DNA of 64,000 bases from a candidate division WOR-3 bacterium (GTDB taxonomy: Bacteria > Hydrothermota > Tepidihabitantia > Tepidihabitantales > Tepidihabitantaceae). Shown piece after piece: positions 20,772 through 29,833 of the stretch. The translations under genes were made by a program, and so were the position numbers. Below the pieces are notes generated by a model that did not search any database, had not been told where the DNA came from, and saw nothing but the letters and a program-made list of their open reading frames with translations. How positions within the stretch are numbered: position 1 is the stretch's first letter; every line of letters begins with the position of its first letter. The stretch is taken from positions 576,576-640,575 of the forward strand of contig JANLFQ010000001.1 of assembly GCA_024653355.1 (NCBI GenBank), in the 5' to 3' direction.

Positions 20772-20829
20772 AGTTATCAGTTTTACAGGAAACGGTGCAA
20801 CTGTCAACTTATTCCCGACTTTTCAGTTG

Positions 20830-23016
20830 TCAGGGCTTGATTAACTTGATAAGTCGATAGAACTGATTGTTATCCCGGCACAACTCAACAAACTCATCAA
20901 TCGGGTTAACGACCACACAAAACAAACCCTCTTCTTCGTAACCTGCATCAATTAAAGGGATTTCAAAGATCAAAGTGGCAGACTTTTGCGGCTCGAGCAT
21001 CAATTGGGTTGCCGGCAACATCGTATCGGTAAGCAGAGTATTGTTCAGGTAAAACCTGATACGACAACCTGAATTGCCCAAATACATCCGATTTCCGATG
21101 TTTCGCAACCCTACCTTCACGGTTAACTTTTCACCAACCCGGGGTAAATCCGGGATGAACTGAACATCGTCAACAACTAAATCCGGCCTTTTTGGCGCTG
21201 ACCGCTCCCGGATAAAAACAGGCCGCACCCCGAGATTCAAATTGAGCCCGCCATCTGTTTCGGCTTTTACTATCTCAATTGCTGGGGTGTCATTGTAAGC
21301 CAGGGGTATTAACTCCACCGTATCACAACCGACCGGCAGCCTTATCTGAACTGTCTTTTCGGTATCTCTCCCGGTAATTTGATTAAGCCAGGCAATCCAG
21401 AGCCTCTTACCGCTCAAAGGCTCCTCGAACTCGTACACCCACACCGCATCGATCGGGCAATCGTTTAAAATCACCCTTTGATTAAACCGCTTGCCCTTTA
21501 ACATCCTGATTGTTTGGGCAAGTGCGTAATAACCTGATTTGGGCTCAAAAGATGGGGTATGGAGTCCGTAACTGCCCTCCACCGATTCGCCCCGGGTTAG
21601 AAACGAGTAATAACAAATGCGGTCATAACCACCACCGGGTAAAGATTGACTCGCCCGGGCAACCGCAAAAACTCTCGCAACCCAGTTTGCCTGTTCTTTG
21701 ATATCGCACTCACCGTTGGGCTGCAAGCAGGGCAAGCCTACTTCGGTTATCCACAATTCGCCATAATCACCGTTTTCTCTCATAACCGCCCGGATACTTT
21801 CTGCCTGTGCCTCAAACAGGTTGAAATCAAAACCCTGGTCCTGATAAGGATGAAACGCCACTCCCCACCACGATTTTTCGGGGATTAGTCGATAGCAGTA
21901 ACTGAGCATCTCATCAGGTGGTATCCGGGTGATAATCGACGGTTGCATTGCGACAAGCGAGCCAATCAGCACCTTAGCCTTGCCCCGGGTTATTGAATCT
22001 ATCACGGTAAGAGCCACTTCAACCAGACGGGCGTAAAGCGAGCACAACCCCTGCTGGTTATCGCTCAGGTGGTAATGAAACTGGGGCGTCTTCCAGAACC
22101 TTACGGTATCGTTTGGTTCATTCCATATCTCATAAACATCAATCAGTTTCTCGTCGTTATAGTAATGTCTCACCACACCCTCAACATACCGTGCCCAGTA
22201 ATTTGAAGGGTGCCAGACATCCAAAAAGAGATTGCGGGGCGGACTGAATTCCGGAGCGTCAAAACGGGTACCTGCCCAGCTTGCGCTGTAATCAAGAATC
22301 CCGATTACCTTACAGCCCATTGTCTTGCTGGAATAGAAAACCGCCGGGTCTAACTGCGCAAAGTCAAAACCTGCCGTAGAATCAGGCCAGACCCAATTCC
22401 AGAGCAGGTCGATGCGGTCTAAGTGAACACCCGCGGCGCGGACCCGTTGGTGCACATTCTGTTTGTGGGCAAAAACGGTATCGTAAGCCGAAATCAACAC
22501 ACCCCACCAACTACTGTCAATTACCTTCATCACCCCATACACCCTCATACACAGATCAAGCGATTCCGCGGCGTAACTGTACAACAGGGTGCCGTATCGA
22601 TAAGGGTTACCGGCGTCGTAGTAAAACTGAATTGAGTCCGGTCCGGCACGGCTGAAACGGAACTCGTAGCGTTTGCCCCGGGTGAAACCAAACCGCCTGT
22701 TCCAGTTCTCAAACCGGACCCAACTGTAACTTCGTTTTTGCACACCGCTACTCCACATCACCAATTTGTCACCATTCCAAACCTCAACCCGGTAACAGCT
22801 CCCAATGCCCCTCGCACCGACAAACAACTCCACATATACCAGACTGTCAAAATTGCCAATGATGGTCTGGGAAACATACCTGTTGGCGCCGGTGCACCGG
22901 GTCCAGCCTGACCAGTCGAACCGAACCGGCTTCACCTCATAACAGTTTACCATGCCCGGGGCAGGAATAAAAAAACAAAACAACAATCCCAACAAAATCT
23001 TAATCTGTCGTGTCAT
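20830..23016 (-). CDS. exported clan GH-A glycoside hydrolase (GH39/GH5-like) with C-terminal CARDB-like Ig domain
   Basis: Signal peptide; YEIWNEP (acid/base), FHPY, LWITEVG (nucleophile); PDLVV...NIG...E...DNN CARDB pattern. Confidence 0.72.
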   Translation of the reverse strand: MTRQIKILLGLLFCFFIPAPGMVNCYEVKPVRFDWSGWTRCTGANRYVSQTIIGNFDSLVYVELFVGARGIGSCYRVEVWNGDKLVMWSSGVQKRSYSWVRFENWNRRFGFTRGKRYEFRFSRAGPDSIQFYYDAGNPYRYGTLLYSYAAESLDLCMRVYGVMKVIDSSWWGVLISAYDTVFAHKQNVHQRVRAAGVHLDRIDLLWNWVWPDSTAGFDFAQLDPAVFYSSKTMGCKVIGILDYSASWAGTRFDAPEFSPPRNLFLDVWHPSNYWARYVEGVVRHYYNDEKLIDVYEIWNEPNDTVRFWKTPQFHYHLSDNQQGLCSLYARLVEVALTVIDSITRGKAKVLIGSLVAMQPSIITRIPPDEMLSYCYRLIPEKSWWGVAFHPYQDQGFDFNLFEAQAESIRAVMRENGDYGELWITEVGLPCLQPNGECDIKEQANWVARVFAVARASQSLPGGGYDRICYYSFLTRGESVEGSYGLHTPSFEPKSGYYALAQTIRMLKGKRFNQRVILNDCPIDAVWVYEFEEPLSGKRLWIAWLNQITGRDTEKTVQIRLPVGCDTVELIPLAYNDTPAIEIVKAETDGGLNLNLGVRPVFIRERSAPKRPDLVVDDVQFIPDLPRVGEKLTVKVGLRNIGNRMYLGNSGCRIRFYLNNTLLTDTMLPATQLMLEPQKSATLIFEIPLIDAGYEEEGLFCVVVNPIDEFVELCRDNNQFYRLIKLIKP

Positions 23017-23186
23017 CGCTTAATCGTGCTGTCAAACAGCATCTTAAATCCGCTACTCTTCAATCAATCCTGACCTGAAATAACTTATCACGAACCGCTA
23101 CCCAGAACCCACCTTTTGTCGCCATCACTCCCGCCTGTTCAGGAGAAACAAAAGTGTGCCAAACTATCGGCAATCCTCATTCCCCA

Positions 23187-23214
23187 ATTGTAGAAACTTG
23201 AAAATCGCGGTCAA
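23187..23214 (-). promoter_or_regulatory. sigma70-type promoter about 165 nt upstream of the GH gene
   Basis: TTGACC-N16-TACAAT. Confidence 0.65.
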
Positions 23215-23517
23215 GATATACTAACCCTGCGGGATAACCGCTCTTAATTAAATTCACCACCACCTGATTTTCCCATCAGAAACCTTTCTACCCCGAAGAT
23301 GTAAACAGCGTGCACTAATGTGATGTTTCCAGAACCGCCATTTCCATTTACATTACCGGACCTCGTACCACTCCTGGAACCGCATCAGGGCCTGCCCCGG
23401 CCGCGCCCTTAAAAATTCCCCAATTTATTTAAAAACCGTCAGTTGCGCGGCGCACCAAAAATTCCACCAGTAATTTTAAACCCGCCTGGAATCACAGCAA
23501 CATAAATGGGCAGGAAC

Positions 23518-24366
23518 TTACACCGGAAACTGCTCGTATAACCGCTTTCGGTTTGCCTCAAGCAGTTTGGTTTGTAACCCCATAAAAGTCGCCGCATCAA
23601 CAACCCGGGCTTTTGACCTCGCGCTTAAATTCTCAAGCCACTCCCTCCCTGTCTCCGAACGCAAAAGGTGATGGTCCACAATCAATAGACCAATAGCCCG
23701 TGCCAGTTTAACCCCATTGATAAAAGCCCGGTTTTGTGCCTCTTTACTTAAAACCGAGAGGTAAATTGGCGGTCCCGCAACAAACACCACATCGGGTTTC
23801 CAGGCGATAATCGCCTCAACCCCATCTTCGGCAAGCAACTGGATGTCTGAACCGTGGACGAAAACCTCATTGCCCTCGCTCACCCGGGTCATCATCACCA
23901 TACCCCGACCTTCAACACCGTGTTGACAGGGTAAGGAAAAAGTAACATCACCGGTATCCTTGCCTTCACCTTCAACCATCCTATCGCCCAGGAGTTGCGC
24001 AAAGTGGCGTAACCGCTCATCCATCAATCGGGTGTTACCGGCTCGGCCTTTGACCCAGAGGGCGCTCACACCCAGTTTGGCTACAAAATCAATAAGGTTA
24101 ATTTGATACGGGTCTGGTTCTAACAGCGGCGCATGGTCACCATGGAAATGGCTTATAACAACATCGCTTGCCATTTTAACCTCATTGAGAATTTTCTCCC
24201 TTATCGCCGCCGCCTCACCCACTTCAATCTTATGGGGCACCAATCCTGAACGGCGTGGTGCCAGAGCAACACCCGGGTCAATCAATACCCGGCGGGTTTT
24301 GGTCTCAACAACACAACACATACTGCGGACCCCTAAAGACTCGGCACCGATAATCCTTATCTTCAT
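23518..24366 (-). CDS. metallo-beta-lactamase-fold hydrolase (UPF0282-like)
   Basis: AESLGVRSM, IDPGVAL, SHFHGDH, SDIQ, DHHLLR. Confidence 0.8.
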   Translation of the reverse strand: MKIRIIGAESLGVRSMCCVVETKTRRVLIDPGVALAPRRSGLVPHKIEVGEAAAIREKILNEVKMASDVVISHFHGDHAPLLEPDPYQINLIDFVAKLGVSALWVKGRAGNTRLMDERLRHFAQLLGDRMVEGEGKDTGDVTFSLPCQHGVEGRGMVMMTRVSEGNEVFVHGSDIQLLAEDGVEAIIAWKPDVVFVAGPPIYLSVLSKEAQNRAFINGVKLARAIGLLIVDHHLLRSETGREWLENLSARSKARVVDAATFMGLQTKLLEANRKRLYEQFPV

Positions 24367-24418
24367 CCAACTTTCAGGATAGCGGACTTCTCCGACCTAT
24401 CAACCCTTTCCGATTATG

Positions 24419-24446
24419 TTGACTTCAATCTCATCAAGCATAAATT
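24419..24446 (+). promoter_or_regulatory. sigma70-type promoter, leaderless dat
   Basis: TTGACT-N16-TAAATT-N7-ATG; divergent TTGATA-N16-TATCCT at 24403-24376 serves the MBL gene. Confidence 0.6.
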
Positions 24447-24453
24447 ATTCCCG

Positions 24454-25350
24454 ATGAATTACGAATCAGATTTTTGTTATATCCGCTCGGTTGACTATCC
24501 GGACGGTGCAATCATACCGAAAAAGGTTGCCCGGATTTCGCCTGATGACCGGGGGTTTTACTTTGCCGACGGTGTTTATGAAGTTATCCGCACCTACCGG
24601 GGCAATCTCTTCCACTTTCCCGACCATCTAACACGGTTTAAGAACAGTTTACAGGCGGTGCGGATTGGTCTCCCGGATGTCGATGGCATTGAGAAAATTT
24701 GCTTTGAACTGCTCCGTTACAACAATCTGTCAAATGCCGACGCCTTTTTTTACATTCAGGTAACACGGGGTGTTGCCCCTCGTAACCTTCTTTTTCCGCC
24801 CGCAGAGACATTACCCACCCTCTACATTTCGGTAACACCAATTACCCCACCCATTGTCGAACAAAAAGAGGGCATCAAGGTAATCACCGTGCCGGATATC
24901 CGCTGGCACCGCTGTGACATCAAGGCGATTGGACTTTTACCCAGCGTCCTTGCCCGCCAGACCGCGGCGGAAGCCAATGCCCAGGAAGCGATATTTGTCC
25001 GCAATGGTATTGTTACCGAAGGCACCCACACCAATTTGTTCGGTGTTAAACAAAAGACGGTTATCACCCACCCCCTTGACAGTCATATCCTGCCCGGTGT
25101 CACGCGGATTGTTCTAATGAAGCTCTGTACCCGGCTCCGGCTGCCCGTAATTGAATCACCACTCCCGGAACCGGAACTGTATCAACTGGACGAACTGTTT
25201 GTCACCAGCACCACCTGGGAGGTTGTACCGGTGATTGAGGTCAACCGGAAACCAATCGGTTCCGGTAAACCCGGTGTGATTACCCAAGAGCTGCAGGCGG
25301 AGTTTAAAAATTATGTCCAGGAAATTTTGGCCGAGCGCAGTTCCGCTTGA
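24454..25350 (+). CDS. dat: D-amino-acid aminotransferase (class IV PLP enzyme)
   Basis: DRGFYFADGVYEV, QVTRGVAPR, RWHRCDIK, ILPGVTR. Confidence 0.85.
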   Translation: MNYESDFCYIRSVDYPDGAIIPKKVARISPDDRGFYFADGVYEVIRTYRGNLFHFPDHLTRFKNSLQAVRIGLPDVDGIEKICFELLRYNNLSNADAFFYIQVTRGVAPRNLLFPPAETLPTLYISVTPITPPIVEQKEGIKVITVPDIRWHRCDIKAIGLLPSVLARQTAAEANAQEAIFVRNGIVTEGTHTNLFGVKQKTVITHPLDSHILPGVTRIVLMKLCTRLRLPVIESPLPEPELYQLDELFVTSTTWEVVPVIEVNRKPIGSGKPGVITQELQAEFKNYVQEILAERSSA

Positions 25351-25384
25351 CCGCTCACCGCAATCGGGCTACACTGATTGTGGT

Positions 25385-27061
25385 ATGAAAATGGCAAGGG
25401 TTATGACCTTCCTGATGGTACTGTTGCTCGGCTCTGCGCAAAGCCAGATTCCCCTACCGACCGCACCCGATTGGAGTTCAATCGACACCGACTATTCGAC
25501 CGGTGGTGCCTTTGCCGACATTGATGGCAACGGTTATCTGGACTTCTGCATTTCCAATGGCAACGATATGGCAGCCGACCCCAATGCCGTATATTTCAAT
25601 CAGAATGGCAACCTTGAAACAAACGCCTCCTGGCGCTCAACCGACCGGGGTTATTTTGGTCACTGCTATACCGGCGACATCGACAACGATGGCGACGACG
25701 ATTTTGCGGTTGCCTACCTCGGCGACTACCAGAATCAGAGCGAACTCCGCGTCCGGGTCTACCGTAACACCGGCACCGGCCTCGAACCCCTCCCTTTCTG
25801 GAAGGCAAAAGACTCGGTCTCTTCCTTTGACTGCTGTCTCGGTGACTTTGACCTCGATGGTGACCTTGACCTTGCCATCAGTGCCGGTGATGCCTATCGC
25901 GGCATGATGGACCGGGTGCGGATTTACCGCAACAACAACGGCGTATTCGACACCCTGCCCTTCTGGTACGCAAAACTTGATACCGCTTCGGATGCAATCC
26001 GATTTGCTGACATCGACAACGACGGCGACCTCGACCTGTTCGTGGGCCACCGGCGCAAGGTGGTGATGTACCGCAACAGCAACGGTTCTTTTGATACTAT
26101 TCCCGAATGGGTTGTGCGCCGCGCAATCGGCTGGGTTTTGCGTCTTGAACTGGGTGATTACGACCAGGACGGCTACCTTGACCTTGCGGTTGCCTCCAAC
26201 GACCAGCTGGGCGACCCGAACAGCATCAAAGTTTTCCACAACAATCAGGGCACACTGGACACGGTTGCCGCATATACGATGCAAACCCGGGGCACGCAAC
26301 TTTACTCTTCCTGCGTTGCCTGGGGTGATGCGAATGGTGACGGATTTCCCGAACTTGCCGCCGGTGGTTGGTGGCAACCGGTAGTGGTGTATCTCAATCG
26401 TCGCGGTGTCCTTGACACCACACCATCCTGGTCCTGGTTACCCGCCAACCCGAACAATCTGGTTTGCGAAGCGTTGCTCTGGACTGATGTCCGCAACTGC
26501 TACCTCGTTTCGGTCACTGAACGCCATAATGGCGACGGTGTCCGGAAACTCTTTAACCTCGCAAAACGGCCGATTCAATTCCTCGACAGTGTTAAGGTAA
26601 ACGACACGATTGTCCCGCGCGCCGCGTACTGTTACGACCGCCATCTCGCCTGGTGCAGTTTTGCCACCCCACCTTCTTTGGGAACTGACAATGTTGTATT
26701 CTACTACCATTACGCCACCACTCCGGACCTCGCCGTTACCAACTGGGCGCGCACTGCCGGCAACCATCTTTTCTTAAACACCACGCCGACCGCGATTGCT
26801 CAAAATCAACTATCAAGCAAACCAATTCTCCATAAACTCATCGTCCATCCCAATCCCGCATCCGGACCGGTTTTGCTCACCACTTCCGGACCATTACCAG
26901 CAACCGTCGAAATCTTTTATCAGGATGGCCGGTTAATCGAAAAACTAATTATCAAGCAAAATTCGCCCGTCTGTTACAATCGCAAACTACCCAACGGCGT
27001 TTACTTTATCACCGCTCCTGGTTACCAGCCGGTGAAACTATTGCGGCTGGAAAGTAAATAA
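25385..27061 (+). CDS. FG-GAP repeat protein with T9SS-type C-terminal domain
   Basis: Signal peptide; repeated DxDxDGxxD motifs; HPNPASG...DGRLI...LPNGVYF; promoter TTGACC-N17-TACACT at 25347-25375. Confidence 0.85.
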   Translation: MKMARVMTFLMVLLLGSAQSQIPLPTAPDWSSIDTDYSTGGAFADIDGNGYLDFCISNGNDMAADPNAVYFNQNGNLETNASWRSTDRGYFGHCYTGDIDNDGDDDFAVAYLGDYQNQSELRVRVYRNTGTGLEPLPFWKAKDSVSSFDCCLGDFDLDGDLDLAISAGDAYRGMMDRVRIYRNNNGVFDTLPFWYAKLDTASDAIRFADIDNDGDLDLFVGHRRKVVMYRNSNGSFDTIPEWVVRRAIGWVLRLELGDYDQDGYLDLAVASNDQLGDPNSIKVFHNNQGTLDTVAAYTMQTRGTQLYSSCVAWGDANGDGFPELAAGGWWQPVVVYLNRRGVLDTTPSWSWLPANPNNLVCEALLWTDVRNCYLVSVTERHNGDGVRKLFNLAKRPIQFLDSVKVNDTIVPRAAYCYDRHLAWCSFATPPSLGTDNVVFYYHYATTPDLAVTNWARTAGNHLFLNTTPTAIAQNQLSSKPILHKLIVHPNPASGPVLLTTSGPLPATVEIFYQDGRLIEKLIIKQNSPVCYNRKLPNGVYFITAPGYQPVKLLRLESK

Positions 27062-27070
27062 GGATGTGCT

Positions 27071-27856
27071 ATGGCACCCCCCGAACAGATTCCCGGCGAA
27101 CTGCTCAACCGCATCGCCCGTTTTGGCCGACTTTACCTTCTTGACACTGTAACATCAACCAACGACTTTGCCTTTTCCCTTGCTGACAAAAAGGAACCTG
27201 CCATCGTCGTTGCCCAGAAACAGACTAAAGGTCGCGGCCGGTTTCGCCGCCACTGGTTTGCCGATGAAAACAGTTTGACATTCTCCCTTCTGCTATTTCC
27301 GGCGATAAACAGTTCGGCACCCGATTTCTCTACCGCCGCAATCACCCAGATTGCGGGCCTGGCGCTCTGTCAAGCAGTTGAAACCCTGTTTATCACTAAT
27401 CCTGCCCAATCTTTACCCAAACCGATGCTCCGTTGGCCCAACGATGTCCTGCTCGAGGGCAAAAAGGTTGCGGGTATTCTCTGCGAACAACGAAACCAGG
27501 CGCTGGTGATAGGTGTCGGCGTCAATGTCAACCAGCCCACAATCCCGGAAAACCTGCCCGATGCCACCTCGCTCTTTCTTGTCTACCATCAGCTAACCGA
27601 CCGGATGACACTGCTCGAAAACTTTCTGACCAACCTCTTTTCCCTGCTCAAAAAAGTAACCCAGGACCGCAAAGTTATCTGGGATGAAGTCCGCTCCCGT
27701 TCTGCAATCCTCCACCACCGGGTCGAGATTAAAACCCTGCTGCGGCGTTATGTCGGTACGGTCATTGACATTGATGACGCCGGCCGGATTATTCTTCGCA
27801 CCGACTCCGGCAAACTCACGCTGTTCAGCGCCGGTCAGGTTCGTCAGCTCCGATGA
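27071..27856 (+). CDS. birA: biotin-protein ligase (no HTH)
   Basis: STND, QTKGRGR, RWPND, KKVAGIL, GVGVN. Confidence 0.92.
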   Translation: MAPPEQIPGELLNRIARFGRLYLLDTVTSTNDFAFSLADKKEPAIVVAQKQTKGRGRFRRHWFADENSLTFSLLLFPAINSSAPDFSTAAITQIAGLALCQAVETLFITNPAQSLPKPMLRWPNDVLLEGKKVAGILCEQRNQALVIGVGVNVNQPTIPENLPDATSLFLVYHQLTDRMTLLENFLTNLFSLLKKVTQDRKVIWDEVRSRSAILHHRVEIKTLLRRYVGTVIDIDDAGRIILRTDSGKLTLFSAGQVRQLR

Positions 27857-28587
27857 TTCTCACCGTCCTCGTCGGTAACTTCAACACCCGCCTTGTCCTC
27901 TGGGAGAAAAATCGTATCAAGATGCGGAAAATCGTGCCCACAAACCAGGTGTTAGAACGGCTGAACCGGCTCATCCCCAACCGGGCGCTGCAAGGCGCGG
28001 CGCTCGCTTCGGTTGTTCCCAAAGTTACCCTGCGGTTGTATCAAACACTCTGCCGGCACACCAAAACCTTACTTGTCACCACCCGCACCCCCACTCCCCT
28101 GAAGATTGTTTACCGAAAGAAGTCGCTCGGCGTTGACCGGCTCTGTGCTGCGGTCGGCGGCATTCTCCGCTATCAACAGAACCTGATTATCATCGACTTC
28201 GGCACCGCGATAACCTTCAACATCGTGCACTACCAGGAAAAGGCATTGCTCGGTGGTCCAATCCTGCCCAACGCCCGAATAATGTTCACCGCCCTTAGAG
28301 ACCACACCGCTCAGTTACCGATGGTCGAATTGCACCCCCGGGAAAACCCGTTTGTCAAAAGTACCAGGACCGCCATCCAGGCTGGGGTTTTTAACCTTAT
28401 CCTCGGCGGCATCGAGCGCATAATTGAACAAATCCGCTGCCGGACAAAGGCGCATTACCAGATTATCGCCACCGGTGGTGAAGCACAAATCTTTAGTAAG
28501 AAATGTCAATTGATTAACAAAGTTGACCCGGAACTTACCAGTTTCGGGTTGGCGCAAATATACTATTTTAACCGGAGGACAAAATGA
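27853..28587 (+). CDS. coaX: type III pantothenate kinase
   Basis: GVDR, IIDFGTAITF, ATGG; birA-coaX synteny; first motif atypical (LVGN). Confidence 0.88.
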   Translation: MILTVLVGNFNTRLVLWEKNRIKMRKIVPTNQVLERLNRLIPNRALQGAALASVVPKVTLRLYQTLCRHTKTLLVTTRTPTPLKIVYRKKSLGVDRLCAAVGGILRYQQNLIIIDFGTAITFNIVHYQEKALLGGPILPNARIMFTALRDHTAQLPMVELHPRENPFVKSTRTAIQAGVFNLILGGIERIIEQIRCRTKAHYQIIATGGEAQIFSKKCQLINKVDPELTSFGLAQIYYFNRRTK

Positions 28588-29144
28588 ATCGTTCAAATAG
28601 AACTGGAGTGTTTATCGATGTTCAAAATGTTCAGGAAACATTTGAAAGACAGGGTAAAGAGGTTCGCTACGACGCCGTAATTCGCCACATCCTGACCACA
28701 GGAAATCGCGAACGGGAAAGTTGTAAATTCGTCGCCTTTGTCCCGTTCCGGCGGGATGATGAACGGCGCCAGCGCCTGATCGACGCCCTCTCGTTTCAGG
28801 GTTACCGGGTTGTTGCCAAACCGGTACGGGAAAGGCCCGACGGCACCATTAAAGCCAATATGGACATTGAAATCACCCTCGAGATTCTCTCAATGAGCGA
28901 ATGGCTGGACGAAATTGTCCTGGTAACCGGTGATGGCGACTTTGTTGCTCTGGTTGACTGGCTTTCCAAACGGGGTAAGCGCGTCATATCAATTGGTTTG
29001 GGTCGGGGATTCACTTCAGTTGAACTGATTCGCGCCTGTGACGAATACATCAACCTCGACGAAATTGAAGGGGCGGTGAAGGCACAATTTCCCAACAAGG
29101 AGTGGGAACAGCCACCCCCGGGAACCACACCGCCTGTACTATGA
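28584..29144 (+). CDS. NYN/LabA-DUF88 domain protein
   Basis: FIDVQN, KANMD, VTGDGDF, ACDEYI. Confidence 0.88.
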   Translation: MNRSNRTGVFIDVQNVQETFERQGKEVRYDAVIRHILTTGNRERESCKFVAFVPFRRDDERRQRLIDALSFQGYRVVAKPVRERPDGTIKANMDIEITLEILSMSEWLDEIVLVTGDGDFVALVDWLSKRGKRVISIGLGRGFTSVELIRACDEYINLDEIEGAVKAQFPNKEWEQPPPGTTPPVL

Positions 29145-29833
29145 GCCCAATCTATCTTGCCCTCGACACCAGCGGTACTCGAACGGCGCTGGCGCTGGTC
29201 AAAGACGATAAACCGATATTTGAAACCAGTGCTACCGCGCCCTATGGCCACAATGAAAAACTGCTCGATTTGCTTAAAGAGGCGCTCGACCAGACCGGGA
29301 TAACATTGAACCAGATCACCGCAATCTGTCTTACTATCGGTCCGGGAATGTTCACCTCGCTCCGGGTAGGATTAAGCGTCGCAAAAGGGCTTGCCTTAAC
29401 AGGAAAACTGCCTCTTAAAGGAGTCAATACACTTTACGCCCTTGCCGCCACCGCTGAAGAACATTCCCAGCCGGTGCTGGCGTTGATTGATGCCCGGCGC
29501 GGGGAACTCTACACTGGCTTATACTACCAGGGCACACCCATTATAAAACCATCGGTGCTACCACCCGAACAGTTACCGACAATTATCACCCAATCCCGCT
29601 TACCCGCCACGGTAGTCCGTGTTGCTGGTGATGGTACCCGGCTTGCCCTCCCGTTTCTGAACAACATGCACTTAGCCGTTGAGACCACAGATATCATCTA
29701 TCCGGCACCGGTCACGATTGCCCGAATCGGCGCAAAACTTCTTGCTTTTGAAGGAGCGGACGAAATCGACCATCTGGAACCAATCTATCTGCGCCGCACC
29801 GATGCCGAATTAAAACGGCAGCAGTTGAGTTAA
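29141..29833 (+). CDS. tsaB: tRNA threonylcarbamoyladenosine biosynthesis protein TsaB
   Basis: LALDTS, GPGMFTSLRVG, DARRGE, EPIYLR. Confidence 0.94.
   Translation: MSPIYLALDTSGTRTALALVKDDKPIFETSATAPYGHNEKLLDLLKEALDQTGITLNQITAICLTIGPGMFTSLRVGLSVAKGLALTGKLPLKGVNTLYALAATAEEHSQPVLALIDARRGELYTGLYYQGTPIIKPSVLPPEQLPTIITQSRLPATVVRVAGDGTRLALPFLNNMHLAVETTDIIYPAPVTIARIGAKLLAFEGADEIDHLEPIYLRRTDAELKRQQLS

Noticed and set aside
23147..23162. Sigma54 promoter (TGGCAC...TTG) on the minus strand
   Set aside because: Spacing is one base short and the -12 GC is absent.
23090..23165. c-di-GMP-I (GEMM) riboswitch
   Set aside because: GGCACAC...GTGGG is loosely similar, but the GAAA tetraloop and CGCAAAG segment are missing.
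23293..23302. 10-mer CCGAAGATGT shared with 33060-33069
   Set aside because: A single 10-mer match between two 500-600-nt regions is plausible by chance.
25637..26377. 246-aa antisense ORF, and similar shadow ORFs such as 45698-46255, 48176-48724 and 63142-63660
   Set aside because: Lie antisense to well-supported genes with no recognisable motifs; consistent with codon-bias shadows.
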